From: the human T2T-CHM13v2.0 reference genome, Homo sapiens
Strand: one strand, 5' to 3'
NCBI RefSeq assembly: GCF_009914755.1
Contig: NC_060926.1
Length of the DNA stretch: 64,000 bases
Position numbers and translations under genes: made by a program
Part shown: positions 1 to 12,325 of the stretch, piece after piece
Layout: each line of letters opens with the position of its first letter
How positions within the stretch are numbered: position 1 is the stretch's first letter
Notes under the pieces: generated by a model
Database searches by the model: none
What the model was told of the DNA's origin: nothing
What the model saw: the letters and a program-made list of their open reading frames with translations, nothing else

Positions 1-166
1 CCGTACTTTTGAGACTTGGACTGGCTTCCTTGCTCCTCAGCTTGCAGGTGGCCTACTGTGGGACTTCACCTTGTGATCCTGTGAGTCAGTACTCCTTAAT
101 AAACTCCTTTTCATATATACATCTATCTTATTAGTTCTGTCCCTCTAGAGAACCCTGACTAACACA
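1..166 (+). mobile_element. MLT2 (ERVL) LTR, 3' part, truncated by window start
   Basis: Ends in TTAGTTCTGTCCCTCTAGAGAACCCTGACTAACACA, the typical MLT2 terminus; AATAAA at 98-103. Confidence 0.85.
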
Positions 167-167
167 A

Positions 168-276
168 AAAGGCAGAGGAGAGGAGAGCAAAGGGGAGGGG
201 AGGAGGAGAGGGGAGGGGAGAAGAGGGGAGGGGAGAGGAAAGAGGAGGAGAGAAAGAGGAAAGAGGAGGGAAAACA
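168..276. repeat. GA-rich low-complexity polypurine tract
   Basis: Almost pure A/G, GGAGG/GAGAG units. Confidence 0.9.
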
Positions 277-798
277 GGAAATGGAGTAAAGGATCCCCTC
301 ATATCCCACAGAACTTCCCTTAACCTCGTGGCTCCTCAGCCCACTCACCTGCATAGAATCCTGTTTCATCAGCATCAGAAGGTGAAGATTGAAATCATAT
401 AGGCTCAATTTCTTTATGTATTCAGTGATAGCAGCTCCCAGAAAAGAAACCTAAACAGAAGTGAAATATTAATTCTCCCACAAGTACAGGTGTCTCTTGG
501 CACAAATTTAGCATGAACACCATCACCAGATGCACCCCCATTGCTGAGGATCCGAGGACTTTGGTCCAGGTTTGGATGCTGGATCCTAGGAAGACATGGC
601 TGAATCTGTAAATAGAAAATCACAAATCAAGAGATTATTATCCAAAATTTGGATGACTAGGTGGGTTCATTTTGTATACCTGGAATTCTCACAGGACAAT
701 TTCATTAAAAAGAATAGCAACTATGGTGTTACTGTTGACTACTGTCAATTTTTTTTTATTATAAAAACACATCAAGACCTGATTATTCATCTGGAGTG

Positions 799-844
799 AT
801 AAATAAATAAATAAATAAATAAATAATTAAATAAATAAATAAAA
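799..844 (+). repeat. (TAAA)n microsatellite
   Basis: About 11 TAAA units with one interruption. Confidence 0.95.
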
Positions 845-859
845 CTTTGAATGATACCC

Positions 860-1510
860 CTTCAGTCACACCACAAGGCCCAAAGTCTGCAGCCTGGCAC
901 TCAAAGCTACCAAGATAAATCTCTAACCTACCTTCCCAGTCTCATCTCTCAATACTTGTACATAATGTTTCTTCTACTTCAAAGTACTTGGTATTTTTTC
1001 ATGATCAATCTCCTGTGATTTCCTACTGCCTTGTGGTTCACACCATACCTTTCAGCTAGAGACCCACTTCCTTTCCATTTGTCCATGACCAAGTTATACC
1101 CCTGCCTCAAGGCCCATCTCAAATGCAACCTCCTTTCTGAAGATATCTCCTTTCAGCCCCCAACAGAGCAATATCTCACTCCTCCTGTAAACCCCATATG
1201 TAGACAGTAATTCATCAAACTTGATAGTATAAATAATAAAAACTTACAGTAAACTCATCTAACAAATATTAAATCCCAATTATTTGCCAGACACAATATT
1301 AAATACTTAATATTTATTGATTCACTTAATTAATGATTTTCATATATGTTTTGTGTTCCCCAATGCCTGATGGCAGCCTTTAGTCTAAATCATATTTCTC
1401 TGCTATAATCCTTAACATTATGCCTAGATACAGTAAATTATCAATAAATGCTTATTGAGTATAAATTAATTAATGTACAATATGTGAATATATAAATGAA
1501 TGAATGAAGC
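860..1510 (+). mobile_element. L2 LINE 3' fragments (degenerate)
   Basis: CTCAAGGCCCATCTCAAATGCAACCTCC and TCAATAAATGCTTATTGAG...AATGAATGAATGAA resemble the L2 3' end. Confidence 0.6.
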
Positions 1511-2059
1511 AAAAGGATGCCTGTTTAGAGGCACAATTTCCAAGACCATTAGGCAGAGCTTCTGGATTTCTATGCATATTATATGAGTTCTTTTCCATTC
1601 TCAATAAGATTCTAGAGTCTCATATAGCAAATCACAACAAGCCTGCAGCTACGATGTGTGGATGGTGAGCCTTTTGCATAGGATCATGAAGAGGACTCCT
1701 AGCGTTTAATTCTCTAAATTACACTCACCCCTTCAACAAACCAGAAAACAGTATAGCAATCTTTTATCCTTTCTTTCCTGGCCCACTCTCCCTAGCTCTA
1801 GCACCCAGAACTTTTACGTTTTTCTGTCCCACAGTAAGTGACGAACTAATTCAAACATACACAGGTGTACAAGAAAATAAATCCTCTTCCAAGGGTGCTA
1901 TAAGTCTTTGAGGTCAATGCTTAATGCAAAGGAATGGAGTGATTTCAAACATCAATGAGGAGAAAAGAAAGTATAACCAGAATTATTGCATGGCTAGTCC
2001 CTGTCCAACTTTCTACATATATTATCTCATGTAATTTTTACAGTAATTTTATTAATTAT

Positions 2060-2260
2060 AGTGATGATAATGTAGCACTTACTGTATGCCATATACTCTC
2101 CTAAGAATTTTTCATGTAATATCCCACTTAAGTCTCCCATCAACATTTTGAATAAAGTACCCCTTTCACCTTCTTAAGAGATGAGAAAACAGCCATAGAA
2201 AATTTAAGTAACTTGTCCAAGATCCCAAAGTAAAGAGTAGACCCAGAATGTAAACCCAAC
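2060..2260 (-). mobile_element. MIR SINE
   Basis: Reverse MIR core: GATGAGAAAAC...AAGTAACTTGTCCAAGATC. Confidence 0.75.
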
Positions 2261-3474
2261 TTAGAAGTACACTCTACATCTTCTCAGGGTAGTAGTTTCC
2301 CAAACATATCTGTACAGCAGAAGTTGGTTCTCAGAAAGTTTACCAGGCACAAAGTCATGTACCTAGGAAACATAAATACTGGAATTCAAATCTTAATATT
2401 TTTATTTCGATGTGAATGCTTTTTAGTAAAACTTATTTCAGCTCAGGTGTTCATTCAGGGCAGCAAAGGTGTCCTGTATAGGGCTTCTCAACTCATAAGA
2501 CCATTCCTGAGAATAAAAGTAATCATTTTGTGTGCTACTAAAACTTCCCCAGGCAGGGTTTTGCTTCATGCATCCCTGCCCCTAATCTCCTCTATCCATG
2601 GTGCTGAATTTAAAGACAGCATAGCTGGCCTAAAGAAAGAACTGACAAAATAATCTGAATCTCTATGGTAAAGGATCTTAAATACGGCTCTGCACCTGGC
2701 CATTGAGAACCAGTGAAATCTTTTCCAAACCTCCCGCTTTAAGCCCAGAATCTCTTTTCTGTCTTCCAAGATCATTAAGTTGAAAAGGGTAAAATAAGTG
2801 AGGCTTACGATTAACAAGGATTGTTCAAACCAATATCTTTTCAACTTCATAATTACAAAGATTATGTTATCTGAAAATAAATCAATGAAAGGAGAGCAAG
2901 AGAAAGTCTATCTCATAAACATCAATGCAGATCTAACAAAAGTTCAAACAAAAAAAGGAATCAGAGACTAGAGACCCTGAAGCAGGTTCGAAGCTACAGC
3001 ACTGGGCCAATGGAGGGTGTGAGGCTAGTGCTGAGAACAAAGGCTTGAGACAGAGAATGTCTTTATATCTGGTGCTGAATTGATTTTCAAGCCATAAAAA
3101 TGTTAGTTAAGGTAACACTGACATGAACTAGGGCAGGGTGGGGGGAAAAGAAGTTGGAAAAAGCAACTGCAATTTCAGGCTTATGAGAAATGGAATTAAA
3201 GTTAAGAGAAGGAAGGAAATCTATTGTTTGTCCAGTAACTGGCAAACAGAACAGCCACTGCATCATTATAGTGGCAACGACCTGCTGTGTTCATTTGTCT
3301 CTGAGCTGTCTGACCTAGGAGCTGGATGATTTATCTACTTTCCACAGCTTCAGCTGGGCCAGGCCAAGAGGATAACTTGGAGAAAAGGGTGGAGGTGTGG
3401 GGGTGGTGACACTCAAGCACCAAGCCAATGAACTCCATATGTCTTGTATTAGAGGGCATGCTCATAAATCAGCC

Positions 3475-3860
3475 AATATCACACATTTATTTCACACCTA
3501 CTATAAACAAATCTCTGTGCTAGAAGGCCTCTGGTCATACAAAGATTGAAAAGGGCAGAGCCATTGGCCTTGAAGAGCTTACAATCTAGTGGAAAATATT
3601 AAGCATGAAGAAAACTAATTAAAAGCGTATGCTAGATGATGGCTAGAGACAGCAAGAACTATCAGAATACAGAGGAGGACTGTTGACTTTCTTTGTCAGG
3701 TAAGGCTTCTGAGAGCAGGCAACACCTTAATTGAGCTTAAATAATAGGATATGCAGTCAGAAAAAAATGGGAGTAAGTGTTGCAGGATGATAATTCAATT
3801 AACAAAGCCTCAGAGGCAGGAGTGGGTCAATTATGTTTTGGTGGGAGCAATATTGCCTAT
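3475..3860 (-). mobile_element. L2 fragment
   Basis: CATTTATT..CACCTACTAT..TGTGCTAG..GCCTTGAAGAGCTTACAATCTAGTGG, reverse L2 3' end. Confidence 0.55.
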
Positions 3861-5060
3861 CCTTCCCAAATTCCTAGATACAAGGTAGATAGTCTCCAGG
3901 CTCTCCATATTCAGGGAGAGAGTTGAGGCAGCAGGGAATGCTCAAGGATCTGTACATCACTTTTTCAAAAACTTGAATGACTTCCAATATAAAAAAATAG
4001 ATTTCTAGATTTCTGGCCACAGTGGTACATGCTTCTAAGGTAAAGAGAAACATCCAGATCAAGCATTCTTTTGCCCTATGAGGCCCTGAAAAAGTTGTCT
4101 ATCTATACACTTAACCAGGATAGCATTTCTCCATCAAGTGAGCCTACTCCCATCCTGGTAAATAAGAAAATGTGGTAATGAGGATCAACTCTGGCAAGAA
4201 AAATTGAGCATTTGTAAGGATTTTTTGAAGTTAGACAAATAACATGTTGTTTACCTGTCCTGGATTCAGTGACCTCATTGCAGAACCTGCCATTCCAACT
4301 ACACATCACATCCTTATTACAAGTTAGACTACCTCATAGAGCAGCCACTACAACACAACAATTTACAAAGTCAGAAAACAGATAAGAGAGAGGAAAGAAG
4401 GCTGAGGAATGCTCAAAGTACAAGGAAGAGAACACCTTATTTCTAATTCTAAACATATTTCCAAAACATATCTAATTTTTAATTCTAGCTTATAGAAGGA
4501 CTGCAGGGAAGAAAGTCAAGATGAAAATTAAGATGACACATCTCAGAGCCAGTGGTTTTAAAATAACAGTCTTGTTTGCTTTACAACAAAAAGGACTTGG
4601 ATGTAGGGAGGAGAAGGCAGGAGGGAACAAGTACGTTGGTGTTGCAGACTTGTCTGCTACAGAGGACCCATCCCAAGGAAAGACCAAAGAGTAGTATGTC
4701 TTCAGGCAGATAGAACTAAAACAAACAAAAGCAAATAAAAAGATCTCTAGCAATCTGATATTATTCGACTAACAGAAATTCTAGAGAAAAAATACAAACT
4801 TCACTCAGAAAAGAGCACATCTGGACATAGACTAAGACCTATCTGATGTGCACCACTGAGAACATGTTCTGGAATCTGCTCAGTGGTCACGCAATTCCAA
4901 TGGCTGAAGCAGTCACATGTGTGGAGCATTCAGGTAAGTCATCACACCTGAGGACTTCAACTCTAAGATTCCCTGGTCCCTTGACTTCAGCTGGCTGAAG
5001 CTCAGATAAGCCAGCAGCTGGGATAACTGCAAACCCCACTGTTGCTCCCAAGAAATGTTT

Positions 5061-5225
5061 CAGTATGCTGTTTAAGCATGAAGGCTCTGAAGTCATACTT
5101 CCTGAGTTCAAATCCCACCTTAGCCAGTATTACTTGCTCTCTGTCCTTAGGCAAATTGCCTCCAATTTCTCAACTATAAAACAGAGAGGTTAATAACATC
5201 AACATCATGAGGCTCTTGTGATTTT
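5061..5225 (+). mobile_element. MIR SINE
   Basis: GGCTCTGAAGTCA..CCTGAGTTCAAATCCCACC..CCTTAGGCAAATT. Confidence 0.75.
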
Positions 5226-5316
5226 TACGTAAAACAAGACATAGTTTATCTCAGACCTAAAAAATATGGAAAAAATATTTGGTTTTATTTCACACAGTTA
5301 TAGGTGGTAACAATAA

Positions 5317-5745
5317 CTCAATTATTCAACAAATATTTAAGAATTGGGAATCCAGTTGCTCCATGAACGCAAATGCAGAGAAACCAAAGCAAAGATCTCA
5401 GATTTACTAGAGTCTGGGGTAGAACATAGATAAGTAAATAATAGTAAACTAATACATGCAGTGTGGCAATGAAACATTTCAGAGGCACAATGATGCATCT
5501 GAGACTGAAGTACGAGAGGAGAGACTGGGTGAGGGCAGAAGGCAGGGACCAAAAGAGAAGTGTCAATGCCCCTACTCAAAGGACCCATGTAAGGTCTTTG
5601 GGAGCTCATTCATGTATATTAACTTCTTTTGTCCTCACAACAGCCTTGAGGTGTTTGGACCCATCTGCTTCATAACTATCCCTGTTTTATAGATATCAAA
5701 ATTAGGTCCCAGAGAGATATGTGAAAAAGACTGTCACAGAGCTGA
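5317..5745 (-). mobile_element. L2 3' fragment followed by MIR fragment
   Basis: ATTCAACAAATATTTA (L2 tail, reverse); CCTCACAACAGCCTTGAGG..CCCTGTTTTATAGAT (MIR, reverse). Confidence 0.55.
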
Positions 5746-8700
5746 ACTTGTCCTAATCAAACTATATTAGTGCAAGGGTGAAGATCTTGGTGAAGGAACA
5801 ACAAAGCTATATCTTTGTATTGGTACTGAATATAGTTTAGCTTTATTGATGCCATGAAGAAGAAAAAATAAATTCCCACTGTAACCTTAAAACATAAAGA
5901 AACAGCTAAGCCATATCCCTAAAAAGACAGTTTGGAGGCAAAGAAAAAAATGTATAATTAGAAAAACACAATAAGGATGGTTAAATATGGGCCTACATTG
6001 AGTTATGCCAGCAGATAAAAATGAAAACTTGATATGATAAATGCATTGAAGGGGTTGTGGATGTGTGGGTGAATTTAGTGAAATCTGTGTATTCTTCAAA
6101 GAAGGAGAAAGGTGAATAGTGAGTCAAAACTACTCCCTTAGTCCTCAAATGTTTTCGGTGGTGATTTAAGCAGCCTCCATACCCCACACATTCTCCTTAA
6201 GGATAGCAGGCCTGAGATGAGCTCTTTGAAATGAATCTGCACTAAAGGAAGGCTTCCAAAAAGTCACCAAGTTAGATCAACATCTCACATGGGGACAGGA
6301 TAGGTGTTTTTACTGTTCTGATACACTCTAGTGATGGGACACTGGGTAAGTTAACTAAATCTGTGTATTTTCAGCTTCACCTCATTTTCCTCCTTATAAG
6401 ATGGGGCCTTATTTAATGCAAGACTTAAGAGGGCTGCTTCTGACTTGGAGGCTGCAGAATCCTTCAGATACCATCAAGCTCTGTGACCACTCTGAACTTT
6501 GCACTGTGCAAATGTACAATAACAGATCAACACTTCCAGGTCTATGCACTCCCCAGAGCAGACAAAGACAGCTGGCAGCACCCAGCACCACCCTCCTTCT
6601 TTCCGAAATAAGCAAGCTAAAGTCAGAAGAACCAAGTGATGTCAAGTAAATATATTTAAGCCTGCCACTGGACAGTTCCTACTAAGTTTTCCAGTGATTC
6701 ATCTGGTGACGGGAGGCATCTGACTCACCCAGCTTGCCCTTGCACACATCCACAGATTTGACAGACAACTTGTCTCAGATCACACTATTTCAGGACAATC
6801 TAAGGTATTCTTTCAAGGCATTGGAAACACAACAATTACTCTGCTAAGAAATGATGTGAAACAACAATAACAATTATATTATCTTCTCCAAGACAAGAGC
6901 ACTGGAAAGATGAAAACCAGTAAAGGGAAGATATGCCAGGAAGAGACATGCTGTTTTTCAAGCCTACTGGGGTAAACACCAAAGCCACCAGACTCCCCCT
7001 GGAGTTACTGTCAGTGGGTTGCACATGCCTGTATAGACAGGGAGTGCCCCATTACAGGAAATGTCACTAAGCCAAAGTATCTCAGACAGGACATCAAGTT
7101 TTGAGCTAATTCTGAGCAAAGCTAGTGGCCATATCTGGCTGGACTCCAAAAGAGAACATCTGGGAACATGATCTTGCTCCATGGAGCCTCGAGATAGTGA
7201 ATTGAGGACAGCTTGCCAATCACAATTGAAAAGTTACCATGGATAACCCTATGCCTTGTGATATCTTCCGGTAACATCCCCAATGCTTCTCTTTACTCCC
7301 ACACAGACTCTGGCACTGTTCAAAGTACTCCGGGCTATTGCATTATTTGATTTCCACTAAGATAATGCTTGTAAGATTATACAAATGTTCTGTGTCCCTT
7401 CCTAAATTTTAAGCCTTCAAGGGCAGCAGGAAGCCATTCTCCAATTTCTCTCCTTCTCCAAATCCTTGTCCCAGGCCTAGCTTCAGCCCTAGCCTCAGTC
7501 CAGGGCACCACACCCAAGGGCCCCACACTGATGCTGGTGGTGTGACCCAGAGGAGAGGTTCATGTTCGCTTCAACCTCAGAGCACGTGGAACCCCCAGGA
7601 GAAAGGCCTCATTTACAACACCGATCAAAGCAACTTTCATGCAACAGTGTTATCACGGTGCTTATTCTTGCACATCAAGCTCCTGCTTATTCAACTGATT
7701 TGTTATGTTCATTAGCATGGTATGCAATTTGCCTACTAAAATCTGCAATATCTGTGATGGTTTGCAAGAAATTAGAAACATGGAAAATAGGGAGATGGAA
7801 TTGGTTTTAGTCAGTGCCAGGTATCAGCGGTGAAAATAATGAGCATAAGAGTGTGATAGATTTCTCTGCACATTTCCCTTCTCACTTCACACTAGTGTTG
7901 CTGAATGAAGGAGACTAAGAGACTTTGAGTGGAGAGGCAGAGAGAACTTTTTAAAAATGCAGAACTTCCGCATCCACAATCATACCATAGACAATTACAC
8001 AGGTTCAGGTTCCAAACTGCAGTCCTAGGTTTTAAAGGCTTAGGAACTTATATGAGTCTAACTGCTGCTACTAATAGGCTTCCAAAATAGTGATATCCAC
8101 AGGGTAGATGTTAAGGCCTGGGAACACCCCTTTGCACACCACTAAGCAGTCCTGAAAAAGCAACAGACAGACAAGGAGAGAAACAGTACTTTCCTCTCTC
8201 CTGTTTTCTCTCTTTTCCAGATATTTTCTCCTTTCCAAACTCCACATAAACATTGATACTCAATGCATACTCAAAAAGAAGAGGTCAAATCTCACCAACC
8301 CTGACCTCACTCTTGGATTATTTGCACAAAAGCAATAGAGGGCAAATGAAACCAGAAACTTTGCATGTTAACTACAAAATTCATCCTTTTAGTGAACTAT
8401 AAAAATTAGTATTATTTTAAAAATTAAAACCAATGCAAAGAAGAAAGTAAAAGCTCACAAGTATGTATGGTATATCAAGATCTCACAAATGGAACAGTCA
8501 ACATTCTCTCTAACTTCTTTAGCCACAGATTCTGACTTACCATCTGAAAGACTGTGTACGATAGAACATTTCTGGAAACACAGCCAAGACACTGATAACT
8601 GTAGTTTCTTCTTAGAATGGAGAAAAACTTTTCATCACCTTTTAAACTATTTGAATTTTTTGCTCTGAGCAATGCATTGCATTTTAATAGCAATGATATA

Positions 8701-8829
8701 AACAAATTAGACAGTTAATCAATTGATGAATTGTTTAAAATTGTTCCTATTAATAAGGCATCAAAATAAAGTTCCTCAAATTAAAATTCTTTTCTGGTTT
8801 AAAAATCTGAAAACAGAGTTTAGTCCCAG

Positions 8830-9918
8830 CCCTCTCTTTAATTTGTCCCCTGATTTGTGTTTTCAACTCATAAACACAGAGTATCTTTCCAATTATTAAT
8901 TTTCCTTGATTTTGTTCATCAATATTATAGTTTTCCACATATAGGTCTTGTATGTATTCAGTTACATTTATACATAAGCATTTGACTTCACGTAAATTGA
9001 TTTTTAAAATTTCAAACTTCAATTGTTCACTGCTGGTGTACAGGACAGCATATGACTTTTGTATATTAGCCTTATGTCCTACGACCTTGCTATACTCACA
9101 TATTAGTTCCAGGAGTTTTTGTTTTGTTTTCAATTCTTTAGGAATTTCTATATAAACAATCTTGTCATCTGGGAGCAAAGACAGTTGTATTTCTTCCTGC
9201 CCAGTATGTATAACTTTATCTTCTTTTCTTCTCTTATTTCATTAGGTAGGACTCTAGTACAAAGATGAATAGAAGTGATGAGGGAAGATATCTTCGACTT
9301 GTTTCTGATTTTAGGTAGAAAGCATTCAGTCTCTCACCATTAAATGTCAGCTGTAGGGTTTTTGTAGATATTGTTTATCAAATTGAAGAAGTTCCCCTCT
9401 AATCCTAGTTTGCTGAGAGTTTTTATCCTAAATCGTTGTCAGATTTTTCCAAATGCTTTTGCGGCACCAATTTATATTATCATATGACTTTGCTTTTTTA
9501 TCCGTTAAGATGGTTGATTATATTGATTAATTTTCTAATGTTGAGACAGCCTTGGAATAAATTCTATTTGGTTGTGGTATATAATTCTTTTTATACAATG
9601 CTGGATTTAATTTACTAATATCTTGTTCAGGATTGTTGCTTTCATATTAATGTGAACTATTGATCTGCACTTTCACTTTCTTATAATGTCTTTATCTGGT
9701 TTTAGTATTAGGATAATCCTGGCCTAATAGAATGATTCAGAAAGTAATCCCTTTGCTCTTATTTTTATGGATGAGATTATGAAAAATTAGCATCATTTCT
9801 TCCTTGAATGCTTGGTAGAATCCACAAGTGAAACTATCTGGGCCTGTTGCCTCTTTTTGAGAGGCTATTAACTATTTAATTGTTTAATAGCTATAGGATT
9901 GTTCATATTATCTATTTG
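8830..9918 (-). pseudogene. Old L1M LINE, decayed ORF2 reverse-transcriptase region
   Basis: ORF 8750-9178 [32 protein letters not shown] matches L1 ORF2p [32 protein letters not shown]; multiple stops. Confidence 0.9.
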
Positions 9919-9919
9919 C

Positions 9920-10987
<1,068 letters not shown>

Positions 10988-10988
<1 letters not shown>

Positions 10989-11118
10989 ACCTAGGCGATG
11001 GGTTGACAGGTGCAGCAAACCACCATGGCATACGTTTACCTATGTAACAAACCTGCACATCCTGCATGTGTACCCCGGAACTTAAAAAAATAATAAAAAA
11101 ACAAAAAGTAAAAATAAA
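10988..11118 (+). mobile_element. L1PA 3' terminus (older PA subfamily) with A-tail
   Basis: GGTGCAGCAAACCACCATGGCA..TATGTAACAAACCTGCACATCCTGCATGTGTACCCCGGAACTTAAAA. Confidence 0.9.
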
Positions 11119-11124
11119 ATTAGT

Positions 11125-12325
11125 CTTCATTTTTGGTATAGTACTTTTGATTTATAGTATTGCCTTTTGATTCTTTCTCAGAGTTTTTATCTCTCTGTTT
11201 ATAATACCAATCTGTTCTTGCACGATGTTTACTTTTCATATTAGGACCGTTAATATATTAATCATAGGTATTTTAAACTCCCTATCTGATTATTCCAACA
11301 TATGTTTTATGTCTGAGTCTGGTTAATGCTTACGTTGTTTCTTCAGACTCTTTCTTCTTCCTTTTCAACATACTTTGTGGTGTTTAGGTGAAAGCCAGAC
11401 ATGAGGTATGGGGCAATAGGAACTGAGGTAAATGGGTAAATGTGAAGTTTTATGTTAATCTGGCTTAGAGGTGGGTTGTGTTTAATATGTGCTGTAGCTG
11501 TAGATAGCAGAGACTTTAAATTTTTCCAGTGCCCTTGTTTTTGTCTCCTCTGCTGTCTTTGGGCTTCCCTAATAACTCCACCTTAGATGAAGTTTGCATC
11601 TTGTAGTTTTTTCAGCTGTAATCCACTGTGATTATACTGGAGCCCTGTTGGTATAATAATAAGATGTGAGGGAAGGGAAGCATTCCATAATCTTGTGATT
11701 AAATCTCAGTCTTTCAGTGGTTCTGTGTCCCTGGGTTGTGACTTTCACAAGTGTTTTTAGCTACTCCCCCCTACTTAGGTGAGACAGAAAGTCTAGAGGG
11801 GGCTGAAGCCAAGTAAATGTCCTCCCTCCAGGTGAGATAAGTCACTGCTAAAGTCTTTTTCCCTGGAAAGCAGGCTCTTTTTTTGTGGAGGCGCTTTGAA
11901 TTTATTTCATAATGGTGACTTTTCATCTCTGCCTGCCAGAGCCAAAGAGAGATCTTTCTTGGCTCTTTACTGTGAGACTCTAGTAGGGTTCACAGAGGCA
12001 AAACCCAGAAAAGCTTAGGATCCCCGCTAAGACTGTGGACCCCAGGAGTTTTTCATTTTGATACTAGTCCACACTCAGCCTCAAGCAATTCATCACAATT
12101 ACCATTTAACTGACTTCTCCTCCAGGTAAGCAGATTTCAGCTGTGATTTTGTTTGATATTCACTTGTTTCTCTAGATTTCAAAGTGCTGGTTTGTTCCAT
12201 GACCTAATTCTCTGATGGGCCCAAGAAAAAGTCATTGATTTTCAGTTTGTTCAGCTTTTTTTCATGTAGGAATGAGAGTGATGACTTCCAAACTGTTTAC
12301 ATGTAAGAGCTGAAACCAGAAGTCC
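11125..12325 (-). mobile_element. L1M 5'UTR/ORF1 start (old L1MC/MD-like)
   Basis: TTTTAAACTCCCTATCTGATTATTCCAACA (reverse ORF1 start); ends GAGCTGAAACCAGAAGTC, typical of old L1 5' ends. Confidence 0.7.
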
